Of a DNA stretch of 64,000 nucleotides, positions 35,692 to 50,464 are shown one piece after another (position 1 is the first letter of the stretch; each line of letters starts with the position of its first letter). The notes beneath the pieces are model-generated. The model made no database searches, was not told where the DNA came from, and saw nothing but the letters and a program-made list of their open reading frames with translations. The translations under genes and the position numbers were made by a program. The DNA is taken from the NCBI RefSeq assembly GCF_009914755.1, contig NC_060928.1; one strand, given 5' to 3'. The stretch comes from the human T2T-CHM13v2.0 reference genome, Homo sapiens.

Positions 35692-37538
35692 TTTATTTAT
35701 TTATACTTTAAGTTCTGGGATACATGTTCAGAATGTGCAGGTTTGTTACATAGGTATACGTGTGCTGTGGTGGTTTGCTGCACCTATTAACCTATCTTCT
35801 AAGTTCCCTCCACTCATCTCCTACACCCCAACAAGCCCAGATGTGTGATGTTCCCCTCCCTGAGTCCATCTGTTCTCATTGTTCAACTCCCACTTACTAG
35901 TGAGAACAAGCTGTGTTTGGTTTTCTGTTCCTGTGTTGGTTTGCTGAGCTTGATGGCTTCCAGCTTCGTCCATGTCCCTGCAAAGGACATGATCTCATCC
36001 CTTTTTATGGCTGCGTAGTATTTCATGGTGTATTTGTACCAAATTTTCTTTATTCAGTCTATTATTGATGAGTATTTGTGTTGGTTCTATGACTTTGCTA
36101 TTGTAAATAGTGCTGCAATAAAAATGCAGGTGCATGCGTCTTTATAGTACAATGATTTATATTTCTTTGAGTATATACCCAGTAATGGGATTGCTGGGTC
36201 AAATGGTATTTCTGGTTCTGGATCCTTTAGGAATAATCAGACTGTTTTCTACAATGGTTGAACTAACTTACATTCCCACCAACAGTGTAAAACATTTGTA
36301 TTTCTTCACGGCCTCTCCAACAGCTATTGTTTCTTGAATTTTTAATAAACCACCATTCTGACTGGCGTGAGATGGTATCTCATTGTGATTTTAACTTGCA
36401 TTTCTCTAATGATCAGTTATGTTGAGCTTTTTTTCATATGTTTGTTGGCTGCATAAATGTCTTTTTTTGAGAAGCGTCTGTTCATATACTTTGCCCACTT
36501 TGTGATGGGGTTGTTTTTTTCTTGTAAATATGTTCAAGTTCCTTGTAAATTATGGATATTAGACCTTTGGCAGATGGTAGATTGCAAAGATTTTCTCTCA
36601 TTCTGTAGGTTGCCTGTTCTCTCTGATGATAGTTTCTTTTGCTGTGCAGAAGCTCTTTAGTTTAATTAGATCTAATTTGTCAATTTTGGCTTTTATTGCA
36701 ATTGTTTTTGGCATTTTCATTATGAAGTCTTTGCCCATGTCTATGTCCTGAATGGTATTGCCTGGGTTTTCTTTTAGGTTTTTATGGTTTTGGGTTTTAA
36801 ATTTAAGCCTTTAATCCATCTTGAGTTAATTTTTGTGTACAGTGTAAGGAAAAGGAACAGTTTCAGTTTTCTGAATATGGCTAGCCAGTTTTCCCAGCAC
36901 TATTTATTGAATGGGAGATTCTTTCCCCATTGCTTGCTTTTTTCAGGTTTGTCAAAGATCAGATGGTTGTAGATGTGTGTTGTTATTTCTGAGGGCTCTG
37001 TTCTGTTCCATTGCTCTATATGTCTGTTTTAGTACCAGAACCATGCTATTTTGGTTACTGTAGCCTTGTAGTTTGGTTTGAAGTCAGGTAGTGTGATGCC
37101 TCCAGCTTTTTTCTTTTTGCTTAGGATTGTCTTGGCTATATGGGATCTTCTTTGATTCCATATAAAATTTAAAGTAGTTTTTTCTTTCCAATTCTTTGAA
37201 GAATATCAATGGTAGTATGATGGAAATAGCACTGAATCTATAAATTACTTTGGGCAGTATGGTCATTTTCATGATACTGATTCTTCTTATCCATGAGGAT
37301 GGAACGTTTTTCCATTTGTTTGTGTCCTCTCTTATTTCCTTGAGCAGTGGTTTGTAGTTTTCCTTGAAGAGGTCCTTCACATCGCTTGTTAGCTGTATTC
37401 CTAGGTATTTTGTTATCTTTGTAGCAGTTGTAAACATGAGTTCATTCATGATTTGGCTCTCTGCTTGTCTATTGGTGTATAGAAACGCTTGTGATTTTTG
37501 GACATTCATTTTGTATCCTGAGGCTTTGCTGAAGTTGC
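35692..37538 (-). mobile_element. L1PA (PA7/8-like), 5'-truncated, ~1.85 kb
   Basis: Antisense 3' end ttatactttaagttctgggatacatg; ORF 37084-37509 is L1 ORF2 ([46 protein letters not shown]). Confidence 0.95.
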
Positions 37539-38519
37539 AAATAAATTTCTTTTTATTTCTACCAGAAAGAGGGTTTATTAGAAAGAGTATGCTACTATAT
37601 TATGTAACTCAGTGTGCAATGATGACTAAAACTGAGTTGAAGAAACAGTGTTTTTGTCTACCTAAAAGAGTGGCATCAATCTGATAGAGAAATGACTTTC
37701 TATTGGATACAGACCAAGCAGGAGGCTTTTCTTTTTGGACTTAAAAACTGGGTAGGCCACGAAATAGGTATCAATAAATTTCTCAATTTTCCAACACAGC
37801 CCCACTGCACTTAGAATTATAATTACTGGAATGTTTTCCAAATTCTGAAAGGATATTTTATTAGAATTTTAGATTTTAATTATGTTGTGAGTTGTATCTT
37901 TTACATTTTTCTTCATATTTTTGTTGAAAAGGTGATGGAGCCTCCACCAACATAGTGTTTTAGTTTTCAGTTCAGAAATATATGTGGTGCTCTAGTACAA
38001 GGCTGAGGTTCCAAACTTCTATTACAACCTGAATGATGGCTAGAAGTTAAAAGTAAGAGTATGTGCAAAGTATACATTAGGATAAGATAAAATACGTATA
38101 AAGACAAAAGATATTTTAAGTGAAAAATGTTGTCTTCTAATTAGTACCTCTTGCTGTATTTTGTGTATTTTGTATATCTCTTAAAATAACTCTATGAAAA
38201 AGGATAAGCAAATAAAATAAAATTATATATATAAATTGCATGTATTAAATGAAAGCAAAAAATAATACATTTTTATTTTATTGGAATTTTGACATATATT
38301 TGTATATAAAATGTTAAATAGTGGTTTGTAGGTCAGATTATACTTTATCTATAAAATGTAAAAATGTAAAGTACTTAAAAGTAAACTATAAAAATAAAAC
38401 AAGATGATACTATTGCTGATATACACAATATTTTGTTTTCTTATGGATTAAACATGGTTTTATATACTCCTCTCAGGACTTAAACACTTTTAGCATGTTT
38501 TTAGAAAAAAAAAATACTA

Positions 38520-38855
<336 letters not shown>

Positions 38856-39050
38856 CACAAAGAAAAAAGATACTCTTTTTTTTAATTTTCTTTTTTTTTC
38901 TTTTTTTAAAATCTACCAGTAAAGCATGTGAGAAGCACATTTCCCTGTGACAGACTCACTGGTATAAAGAAATAAGAAATACAAATGTCTTTGGTGTTGT
39001 CATGATGATTCCAAGATGGTGAGGAGAGGCTTTCTTTTCTTAGTAATTTT

Positions 39051-39361
39051 TGTTTGTTTGTTTGTTTGTTTGTTTGTTTTTGAGACGGAGTCTCACTCTG
39101 TCGCCCAGACTGGAATGCAGTGGTGCGATCTTGGCTCACTGTAACCTCTGACTTCCGGGTTCAAGTATTCTCCTGCCTCAGCCTCCCTAGTAGCTGGGAT
39201 TACACGCATATGCCACCATGCCTAGCTAATTTTTGTATTTTTTGTAGAGACGGGGTTTCACCATGTTGGCCAGGCTGGTCTCGAACTGCTGACCTCGTGA
39301 CCCGTCTGCCTCAGTCTCCCAAATTGCTGGGATTAACAGTTGTGAGCCACCATGCCCAGCC
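39051..39361 (-). mobile_element. AluS (Sg-like) with (TTTG)n tail
   Basis: Full antisense Alu; TSD ttttcttagtaatttt 39035 / ttttcttagtagtttt 39362. Confidence 0.95.
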
Positions 39362-39449
39362 TTTTCTTAGTAGTTTTTAACCTAGGAAGGTACACTCATT
39401 AAGTTCATTGTGTGTTTTTCAGAAACCTCTATATATGTTGTATTAAGTT

Positions 39450-39925
39450 TATTACTTTGCTTTGTGTACTTGATTTTGTATCTTGTAACTCTACTGCATT
39501 TGTTTATTCGTTTTAACAATTTCTTGTTGGAGTCATTAGGGTTTTCTGTATATAAGATCAGGTCATTGGCAAACAGGGACAATTTTACTTTCCCCTTTCC
39601 AGTGTGCATGTCTTTTATTTATTTCTCTTTACTGATTCTCTGGGTAGTATTTTTAGTGCTACCTTGAATAAAGTGATGAGAGTGGATATCTGTGCTTTGT
39701 TCCTGATCTTGGAAGCAGAGCTTTCAGTTTTTCATCTTCAATATGATGATAGCTGTGGGCTTTTTACATATGACCTTTATTAAGTTGAGGTAATTTTCTT
39801 CTATTCCTAGTTTATTGAGAATTTTTATCATGAAAAGGTGTTGAATTTTGTCAAATGCTTTTTCTGCATCTGTTGAGATGATTATATGATTCTTATTTTC
39901 CATTCTGTTAATGTAGTATACCAAA
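39450..39925 (-). mobile_element. L1M ORF2 (RT domain) fragment
   Basis: ORFs [26 protein letters not shown] and VKLSLFANDLILYTENP are L1 RT motifs. Confidence 0.9.
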
Positions 39926-40129
39926 TTAGCATATATAAGAATACAACGGGATGCCTATTGGTCATGATCACATCTTAAGTGGTTATCTGTGTCTAGATAT
40001 GAAGCCTAAATATTGAGCCTAAATCACTCTGCTGAGGCCCACATCTGCCTGATGGCATCCACCCGCAAGGGTGGCCAAATACTAAAAGGGTAATTGCTGC
40101 CTCATAGACTCTCCTTACTACCTATTTAA

Positions 40130-40290
40130 CATTGCTCAAAGTCCTATGCAGTACATAGTGCTACCTTTTTCTGTTACAGGATGAGGAGAATATGAGGCAG
40201 GGAAGTTTACGACTAACCCTGGTGTCTATGGGACTAGATCCCTTTCAGTGAAATCCAGCATCTACTCCTCTAACCTCTACACTGCATTTT
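40130..40290 (-). mobile_element. MIR fragment
   Basis: cctatgcagtacatagtg...ttacaggatgaggagaatatgaggcagggaagtt. Confidence 0.5.
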
Positions 40291-41409
40291 CTGTATTAGC
40301 GTGATATGAAACTTCTCAAGGGCTTTCTCCTCTTTGTAATTCTCTGTCAGGGAAAGCAAATATATATTTTACAAGGAGGTTATTTTCAATTCATATTCTA
40401 GTCTACTTTAGAGAATAACGAACTTTTATTGAAACTTTCCACATATCAATTGATTGTTTAAGGCTTGACAAAACCTTACAGAATTCATAGAGATACATTA
40501 TCTTTGTGGTGAGAAAGAGAGTTATTTAAACAAATATTGTTAAGTTCAAATACGAGTCCTAACATTTTGTACCTAGAGAATTTCAGGTTTAGAACATAAA
40601 ATCTGAATGAAGTTTTACTTCATCTTATTTTTTTGGACTTTTTAAAAAATAACAGTTAAAATAGTGCTTTTAAAAACTGGAAGATTTTTTAGTTCCTTTT
40701 TCTTTCCTCAGTAATTAAAAAATATGATGCCAGTCTAGAAGTCTAATATCCTGGAATCTCTTGATAATGAGACCACAGATGGAAGGGAATATCTTTTGCT
40801 AGATGTCTTATTTAACAAAAAGATTTTATTCCACTATTCTTGGTTTTTACAGCATCTGTTTCTTCAGAACGAGTAATAAGCTTCTTGGGATTATTTCTGC
40901 ATGTTGAAATGAAATTAATTGGAGTCAGAAAATTTTAAATGAAATACATTTGACAGACAAATTTACTAATAATTACTTTCTTTGAGTCACACACACCTGA
41001 TTTATTAGTGTCCTATTTGTATGCAGACAACTTTAGAGTGCCACTGATAATTACTCTAAATCTTTTTACATTGATCCTCATGAAGTTCCCTAAAGAATGA
41101 TAATAAGTTGGAGGTTAAATAAGGGAAATGTCTTATTTACCACCTCCTATTATTTCTTTCTGATCTTCTCAGTGTATGACTGTTAGGTACAAAACTTTAT
41201 GCTAGGCAAACAAACAAAAATCATGTTTGCTAATTAGTTACGTGTATTCAAAAGTAGGTTAACCACAAGGAAAAATGTGATAGATGCAAATTATGTTTAA
41301 AACATTGCAAGAATTTAAAATGAAAATGATAGAAGTTCACAATTCAAGGAAGTTATTGCATGTGAAGCATGACTTGAATAAAAATATGATTTGTACCAAT
41401 GGAATCCAC

Positions 41410-41900
41410 TTAATTAAAAGAAAGTATTTATTGATGTCAGGCCTTTATCTAGGACTTGGGTGAACATCCTAAACAAGTCACAGTCTTTATCTAAAGAAAT
41501 GGTCAAGTGACTGAAAGACATGGAGACAGAAACAGAAAAATATGATCGAATGTATTAGTTTCTGGTTTAGAGATGTATGTGGAGCCCTAAACAAAGCTAA
41601 GTTACCAAGTCTAGAACCTGAAGGATGAAAGTTAAAGGTAAGAGTGAATGCAAAGGGTATACCAGAAAAAAATATGTACGAAAGCCAACATGTTTATGAG
41701 AACATAATATATTCAGCTAACTGAAATAAGGTTTATACTGTTTCAAGACATTGAGTGCAAGACTTCATTGTGAAGAGATGAGGATGGTGGGTAAAGTATA
41801 AATAATTATGCAAAAATGCCAAGAAGTGTGCACATTATTCTCAGAATACTTGATTTTGACAAATGAAAGATGTCATGATTCAATAGGTAATTTAGCAAAA
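41410..41900 (-). mobile_element. L2 fragment
   Basis: aagtatttattga...ctagaacctgaaggatga...antisense L2 3' pattern. Confidence 0.5.
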
Positions 41901-41959
41901 TCGCCGACTGAAGAGTCCAAAATAGAAAAACAGAGAGGAAAACAAAGTTTGTTTCAGTA

Positions 41960-42500
41960 AACAATAATCTTTCAGGTTAGTAAAGATAGAGATCAGGAAT
42001 TAGATTGGCCTTAGATTTCTCAACAGAAATACTAGAAGATAAGAGAAAATAGAAGAATTTCATCAACATTCTAAGGGAAAATTATTTTCAACCCATTATG
42101 ATATATTCAGCTAAATTTCAATTATGTATGTTAGGTAAGAACTTTTTTTCCAAAAGTGGGATGCCTCAAAAATCTACCCTTCATATATCAGAAAGTTACC
42201 ACAAGATGTGTTCCAAAGATGATAAATTAAACAGGGAGGAAGGAATGATGGAAGAAAGGAAAAAAAGGGAGGGAAGAAGGGAAAACTTGGAAGGGAGGGA
42301 AGAAGAAAGACATAGGAACTAGGAAAGGGAAACTTGACAAAGGAGAGAAATAATGAAGTTCCCACTCTTAAGAGCCAAGAAAATGTCCCCAAATAGGAAA
42401 GGGGCAGCCCATACAATTAGAGTAAGAAGGTAAAGGGTTTCTCAAGATATTTATATAGGAAAAAAGGAATGCATCCATTACTTCATGTACCTGACCATAT
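41960..42500 (+). mobile_element. HAL1 / old L1 ORF1-like fragment
   Basis: gatcaggaattagattggccttagatttctcaacagaaatactagaag...ctaagggaaaattattttcaacc...cctcaaaaatctaccct. Confidence 0.65.
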
Positions 42501-42539
42501 TAGGAGAAACCTTTTATATTCTCATATTCATTCATTATT

Positions 42540-43058
42540 GACGGGTAGCTACGTAACTCAAAGGAAAATAATTCTTTCTACTAAAAAGACACCTGCACTG
42601 ATATGTTCATTTCAGCACCATTCACAATATCAAAGACATGGAATCAACCCAGGTGCCCAATGGCAGTGGATTCAATAAAGGAAATGTGGTGCATATACAC
42701 CATTGAATACCATGCAGCCATAAAAAATAATACGATTATGTCCTCAGCAGAAACATGGATGCATCTGGTGGCCATTACCTTAAGTGAATTCATGCAAAAA
42801 CAGAGAGCCAAATACTACATGTTATCACTTATAAGTGGGAGCTAAACATTGGGTATACCAGGCACAAAGACAGGATCAATAGACACTGTAAACTCCAAAA
42901 GAGGGTAGGGAAGGAGGGGGACAAAAGTTGAAAAACTACCCACTGGGTACTATGTTTGCTACTCGGGTGATGGAATCTTTAGAAGCCCAAACCTCAGCAG
43001 CAACCTGCAGTATAGCCATGTAACAAACCTGCACATGTATCCCCTGAATTTAAAAAAA
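42540..43058 (+). mobile_element. L1PA15/16-like 3' end
   Basis: aaaagacacctgcact..atgttcatt...gttgaaaaactacccactgggtactatg...agaagcccaaacctcagca. Confidence 0.85.
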
Positions 43059-45212
43059 TATGAGGTAATTAGTAACTTCAGAAAAAAATGATGGGCAAGA
43101 AGGAAATTTTAATTATCTTATCCAATATAGGTCTGCATTGAACATTACTTATTAGTAAAATAATGTTAATACTGAATAATAATTTTATGGTAAAATTTTA
43201 CCTAACATTACAAGGAGAACAAAGGTACCATATGTTTTGGGGGAAAAGGGACACTAATATAAGAGAGATATATGTTTCTCTTTTGTATTTGGAAGATACT
43301 AGATATTGTCTAATATTAGAAAATCAAGTAATATTTATTATGTGGCATTAAGACGTAAATAGGAGAAGTAAATAGAGAAGGAAAAGTGGTTGACTAGAGA
43401 TGGTAGAATTTGTTGGTGGAAAGTGTGGGGTAAGGCATTGATTATTTTTAAATCTTAGGCTACAATAGTAAAAAGCAATTAAAGGTAAAGGACTTACAGA
43501 CATAAATGATAACTTCCATTCTAAAAGTTTAGCAGCAAAGCAGTAGAAATGAAGAAAAAGAGTGTGAAATAGCCTCAGATCCTAAAAATTATTATTTTTT
43601 AAAGATTTGAATATCTGAGCATATATGGAAATAGAGGGAAAGGAAACAACAGAGTTGAAACTGTTAAGACAGAAGAAAAAAATCCAGCTAATTGATTGAA
43701 CAAGTGCCCTGGAAGGCAGAAAAGACTAGAACATGCTTATGCATCATTGTAATAACAGCTCTCTTTGGCTTCTGTTGACTATTGTTTAATAATAGTACAG
43801 AAAAATCTGCCACCTTCCTTTTTTTTCCAATCTACTTATGTCTGTGAATTAATAACTTTAAGCATGACATCAATTTCAGTGCAGTGCTAGATTTATATCT
43901 AGCAAAAGAAAAGTTACTGGTTGAAGTGACAACAGTTATGGGAACCAGTATCAGCATTTGATGTATGTAAAAAGACTTAGGAAGACATATCTAAATGCAG
44001 TGTGCAGGGTGAATATGAAAGAGAAAAATAGTTCAAAGAATTTATTCTGACTCCTGGGGAGAAGGCTCTCACTGAAATCATTGAGGAGGCGAGACTTGGA
44101 GAAACTAAGGGAAGCAGATAATGCCTGCATATTATTGGAGAAAGATAAAAGATTGTAGGAGAAAAAGGAACTTTTCCAAAAGAAAGTTTATGCTGTATTT
44201 TTCTCCTACATTCGTGAATCTTTAGTGTTCCTGAAAGGCTTCATATTTTGGTTATAAAAGAAGGAGTTCCCAAGAGGATCTGCTTTTCAGTTTTCCTGTG
44301 GAAGCTCTTGATTTTGTGAAACTCAGAAAGATAGAATGTTTTGCATATCCTCTTCTTTATCAACCTCCCTGACGAAAACCACCTCTTACCCTCTCTTTCC
44401 TCAGGGGTACTAACCAGGCTACTCCTTGCCTGTCTGGTGCTTTCTTTCTTTTAAACTGAAACTGAGCTACCCCAACACCATTCTCAGAAAATAAACCAAA
44501 AGGAAAAAAAAAGAGGAAAAAAAAACCAATAAAAAATAAACAAACTTAAATGGATGTCAAAATAAACCTCACTTATCTTCTTTAGGAACTTCACTGCTAA
44601 TTAATCTATTAGCTACTTTTTCAAATCCCACTATTTGGATATCTGGACAAAAAATTTATTACTTCCTGTTACCTATGTATTTAATCAGAAATAAAGAAAT
44701 ATAGTTTTGTTTGTTTTTTTCCCGCCAGAAGATTTCTATTGAGTAAACTAGAACAGATTCATCCTACTTATGTATTTCTTTGGGTGTTGGTAATTGAGTT
44801 GCCAAATACAGGTTTGTGGACATGGACAGGTCTGGTTTTCTTGGACTTTTCATTTATTAAATGTGGCCTCAGGGATATCATTTATTTTCTATAAGGATAT
44901 ATTATTACCTGTCCATAGAAGTATTTTGAAGACTGTGTTTTCCCTGATGTCTCATGTGGAGTTTGTCTTATTAATTTATATTTATTTGTTTTTTTCTGCA
45001 CCTAACACGACTTCATATCTATTAGGTAATTCAACACATGGCTCCTACCTTGAGCCGACTGATCATGACTGTGATGTGCAGAGCATGATATCTGGCATAA
45101 GTTCAAGGTTCCATGAGAAATATGCCTTCCTCTCCCTCCAGAATCATCATCTACGAAAAGTCTACTGGCCAGTTTATTCAATTTTTTCTCTTTTAAAAAT
45201 ATATATTATCCC

Positions 45213-45495
<283 letters not shown>

Positions 45496-45503
45496 ATATA
45501 TAT

Positions 45504-45543
<40 letters not shown>

Positions 45544-46321
45544 CCCTTTTGGCCTGGCCTGACAAATTTCTTAGATGTATATTATTTCTGTTATGAAGTA
45601 AAATAGATTTCAAAGTGTTGTCTTACATTTTTTCAAAAAGATATGACTCCATTTGTAAGCTGGAGACTCTCAATTATAAATAAGCAGAGAGATGTTCTTT
45701 TCTCTTGACGTTTTATATTATACACATATAAGAAAATCTTTGAAGAGAGATTTAAAGTTATATTTTCAAACATCTATAAAAGAAAACCAATCTTTCTTCC
45801 AAAGTCCAAGCTCATGCCAAGGCAAAAGAGGTGGACAACAAGAATGATGGAGAAGGTTTGTGCAAACTTGGAAAATCTCATCTTGTATTCCTGCAGTATA
45901 ATATGCTAAGCTAGAAACAAACAAAGGCAAAAGGTCATGGAAGAGACTGTGGCATATTTGTGAAGTTAAAATAGTGTGGTCTGAGAAGGGGAATAAGAAA
46001 CAGATCATGAAAATGAGGAATATGGATAGAGTTTGTTATTAAAATTCTTGAATACTTGCTCTGTGCCAGGCACTATGCTGGTTTACACAAAACAGGCAAT
46101 CCTTGCTTCAGTGAGGTCACATCTAGTAAGGGGAGAGAGGAATAAGGACAATGCCTTATGATAAATGCCTTTGTAAAACATACAAAAAGAACTATATGAG
46201 AAAATCCTTAGTCTCAAAGAATAAGAGTCCCACTAAGTGACAAGAACAAACAGAATCCCTGAAGAAGAAATAACCCTTGCAGAAGATAAGCAAGAAATAC
46301 AAGTAGTGTTTGGATGACAAG

Positions 46322-46719
46322 TGAAATAGTTTGGATATTTGTCCACATCCAGATCTCATGTTGAATTGTAATCTCCAATGCAGGTGGTAGGGCCTGGTGG
46401 GAGGTTGTTTGGGTCATGGGGGTGGATCCCTCATAGCTTGGTGCTGTCCTTGCAATAGTGAGTGAGTACTCATGAGATCTGAATGTGTAAATGTGTGTGG
46501 CACCTCTCCCCATCTTGTCCTTGTTCCCACCATGGGATGTGCCTGCTCCCCCTTTGCCTTCCATCATGATTGCAAGCTTCCTGAGGCCTCCCCAGAAACA
46601 GATGCCAGCACTATGCTTCCTGTACAGCCTGCAGATCTGTGAGCCAATTAAGCTTCTTTTCTTATAAATTACCCAGTCTCAGGTATTTCTTTATAGCAAT
46701 GCAAGAAGAGCCTAACACA
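46322..46719 (+). mobile_element. MaLR LTR, MSTB-like
   Basis: tgaaatagtttggatatttgtcc...atctcatgttgaattgtaatc...ataaattacccagtctcaggtatttctttatagcaatgcaagaa..gcctaacaca. Confidence 0.92.
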
Positions 46720-46835
46720 GAAAACAAGTGACTCCATATGCCATGGAAAGTATTTAGAATTCTAACTTACTGAAAATGGAATCATAGATCAATTTATTAT
46801 CTTCCTTTTAGAAATAACACTTTGAAAGAAATGCA

Positions 46836-47150
46836 GGCCGGGCATGGTGGCTCACACCTGTAATCCCAGCACTCTGGGAGGCCAAGACAGGTGGATCATT
46901 TGAGGTCAGGAGTTTGAGACCAGCCTGGCCAACATGGTGAAACCCCATCTCTAGTAAACATACAAAAATTAGCCGAACATGGTGGTGTCTGCCTGCAGTC
47001 CCAGTTACTTGGGAGGCTGAGGCAGGAGAATTGCTGAACTCAGGAAGAGGAGGTTGCAGTGAGCTGAGATTGCACCACTGCACTCCAGCCTGGGTGACAG
47101 AGCGAGACTCTGTCTCAAAAAAAAAAAAAAACAAAAAAACAAAAAAAAAA
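46836..47150 (+). mobile_element. AluS (Sx/Sz-like)
   Basis: Full Alu dimer with A tail. Confidence 0.95.
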
Positions 47151-47577
47151 CGTATTCAATGTATTGATTTGTGGGAGGTAAGACTAGAGCCATGGATATA
47201 TATTACACACCTTTATTATTAATTAATTTCCTTTCATCAAAAATTTATTTAGTGCTTGCAATGTGTCAGGAACTAGGTTAGGTTAAGAAGATAATTTTTA
47301 CAAAGGACTTTGATAAAACAAGTAAATCACAAGATTACCAGATATTTGAATGTATAATTAATAATACAGTGCTGTCATTTGTATACAGGGTTTATAGGAG
47401 GAGGATCAGATTGTTAAAGATGTGAGATTGTCTAGTTAGGATAATGGTCCCGGGGAGATCCAGAACTGAGCATCTCAAATCTTAGGTTAATTCTGAGAAA
47501 GAGGAGTCTGGTCCTGTCTAAGCAAGACAGGATATATAGGTAAAGAATACAACCAAGAAATTCAGCCAGAAAAAAGA

Positions 47578-47771
47578 AATATATATATATATATATTTCT
47601 TTATATATATATTTCTTTATATATATATATATTTGTGTGTGTGTCTGTGTATATATATATACATATATATACATACATATATACACATATATATACATAC
47701 ATATATATATATATATACACATACATAGATATATATATACACACACACAGACACACACACAAATATATATA
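47578..47771. repeat. Compound (TA)n/(TG)n/(CA)n microsatellite
   Basis: Direct reading. Confidence 0.95.
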
Positions 47772-48005
47772 GCGCCGGTTTTCAGCCTGAGATCAGCCCT
47801 AATCGATCCAGATAGAGCTGAGTGTAATAAATAGAAGTGAAGTCTTACTATACAATAAGAGAAGCATCTCAACACTCAATCTAGGTAGGACAAGAGACCA
47901 TTTAAAGATCAGAGCAGAGAGGTAATGAAGACCGAGCATCTCAGAATCCAGCTGCCACAAGATCATTTCAGAAGATCATAGAAAGCAACTCTCTTTTTGA
48001 GCATC

Positions 48006-48439
48006 TGTACTAGTTTAGTCTCCCATTGCTATAATGAAATACCCAAAACTAGGTAATTTATAAAGAAAAAAACATTTAATTAGCTCATGGTGCTTTCAGA
48101 CTATACAGGAAGCATGGCAGCATCTGCTCCACTTTTGGGAAGGCATCAGGAAACTTACAATCATGGAAGAAGGCAAAAGGGAAGAGAGGTGTCTCCCATG
48201 ATGGGGGCAGAGGGAGAGCAAGAGTGGGAGGTGCGATCCACTTGTAAACTACCAGATTTCATGAGAACTTACTCACTATCATGACCAAAGGGGATGATGC
48301 TAAACCATTGATAAAAAACTGCCCCCATGATCCAGTCATCTCTAACCAGGACCCACTTGCAACAGGGGATTACAACTGAACAGGAGCTGTAATCCAAAGG
48401 GAATTACAACTGAACAGGGAACACAGATCTAAAATATCA
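48006..48439 (-). mobile_element. MaLR LTR, MSTA-like
   Basis: tgtactagtt...ggtaatttataaagaaaa...caggaaacttacaatcatgg.agaaggc...aaatatca; 5-bp TSD gcatc/gtatc. Confidence 0.9.
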
Positions 48440-50464
48440 GTATCCTCTCTTGAGGAGGCGATTGAGAACTGACTTGTGTGCCGTTGCTTGGGGTGTGTGT
48501 GTGTGTGTGCACGTACATGGGGATACATGTGTAAGATGACAATTAGAGCACAAATACCTGAGCCAGCTAACATGTGCATGTTGTTCTTCTACTGTGTGTC
48601 CACAGTGGGATAATGCTCAGAAGAGAGGGGAAACCATCTGGCAAGGACATTCTTTTGATGTGCACGATAAGCCTTGGTCCCAGCTGTCAACTTTTCCATT
48701 AATCTCTGTCTTCAGTTCGATGCTGGAATTCCTGGGCATGACCATCTGTCTGAATTTCCATTGTGTGGAGAAATTGAAAAAAAAAAAAAAAAAAAACGTT
48801 GAGTCCGGAAGACCTTTTTGTATGACCTTCTTTGGTAAAAATATTGAAGGATTTTAAATTGTGTGGGAATGAGGTAGCCATAGATAAAAATTACATCTGT
48901 GACCACTGAGTATTTATTGGGTGATATTCATTTTCTCTCTCCTTTTGCCCCCACTCCCTGTCTTTCTGCCTGCCTAACGTATTCACTGGCCTCCTCCTTT
49001 CTTTCCTTTTCACAAGAAATATGTTTCTCCTCTGAGCTATCACGATATTAAGAATATCAGGCTAAATATGCCCCTAACTTCAGGAAGTTCTCAGACTCAT
49101 GAAAAAAATGGCTATGTAAACAATGTGGAAGAATCAAAGAAAAGAAAAGACATATCACATGATAATTATCAGTGACATAAAGGATTTTCCTAAAGAAATA
49201 AGAGAGCACATCACTGAAAATTCTTTAGTAGTGTTTTTCACACTAAGGAAAGAGAGAAAAATATCCTAGCCAGTGGGTAGCATGAAACAGAAGTGTGAAA
49301 ATATGCTTTTAAAATGAATTTGCTAGTTTATGGTGTTAGAACATAGAATGTTGGGTTATGATTTGAGAGGATGTTATAGGTTATTCTCCAGATTGTGACT
49401 GACCTCCATTTACCATGCAAGGTAGCTGATATTTCATAATAAGGAGCTTGCAGACTACTTTTACAGTGGGATAACATGATCTAATTCTGACTATATAATT
49501 TTGTTTCATTTTGTTTCTGAACACTGGTATTTAGATTTGATGGAACCTCCAAACAGCATGCCCAGGGATTTACAAGATGATAAAAGGTGGAGGATATCTG
49601 GATAAGTATTTCTTAAGGAAAATGGCCAAGAATAGAACTGGCACAAGATGTGAGAAGGAAAAGTTTGAATATCTAGGTAGATTACTTACTTAATTTGCAT
49701 GTTATTTCAGGAATTCTTAACTCACTGTCTACCAAGTTCCAGGAATTAAATAGGATACTGGAGATGAAGTGCTGTATAAGAAACAATACTATCCAATTAA
49801 CCAAGCCAACATGAAAGCCTTGATAAAATATAATTTATAAGTTATAAATTATATAATTATATACACAACCAGTAAAGTCCGTTTCAAGTGCATGAATGCT
49901 TCTGGTGCTTTCACTCACATAATTTTGATCTCATCTAATTTTAGCAAAGATTGAAGGGGATGGTTTTTAAGCATCTCACTTCAAGCATATTCCACGTGTA
50001 ATTTTACCTTTTCTTCTGAGGCATCTTGTACGGTGCAGAAACATGCACGAGTCTCATCAGACATGCGAGTGCACACCGGAATTATGAAGATGTAAATAAT
50101 CCCAGAGACAACCATCCACAAATAATGGTAACTCTTTCCTAGGCAATTATTTGAGGCATTTTATCAACTGCTCAGAAACTCCCAAGCAGGCTTATTTGCC
50201 CTCAGCAGTGTCCTTAATGGCACACCCAAGTCCCTTAGTGGTGCTTCATGTTAATATCTGCACAAAAAATCTGTGTTACATACTTTATTTTCAGATGGAC
50301 CTTGTTCCTGTAGTGCACATACAATTGGTAAGTGTAATGGCCTGAGAAAAGGTATCCTTATGAGATGTTGAAACTGGATTACTCATTGGATAGCAGTAAG
50401 TGGAGTGTGGGTATGTATATTTCCCATACACCAGTTCAAACAGTGCTAAAAAAGCCAGAGGGTT

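Noticed and set aside
37084-37509. 141-aa ORF as a possible gene
   Set aside because: Fragment of L1 ORF2 in a truncated, mutated L1PA
47432-47875. 147-aa and 65-aa ORFs rich in Y/I/C/V
   Set aside because: Read-through of the (TA)/(CA) microsatellite
46322-48439. Two MST LTRs 1.3 kb apart as a possible provirus
   Set aside because: Opposite orientations, apparently different subfamilies, no MaLR internal sequence between them; independent solo LTRs
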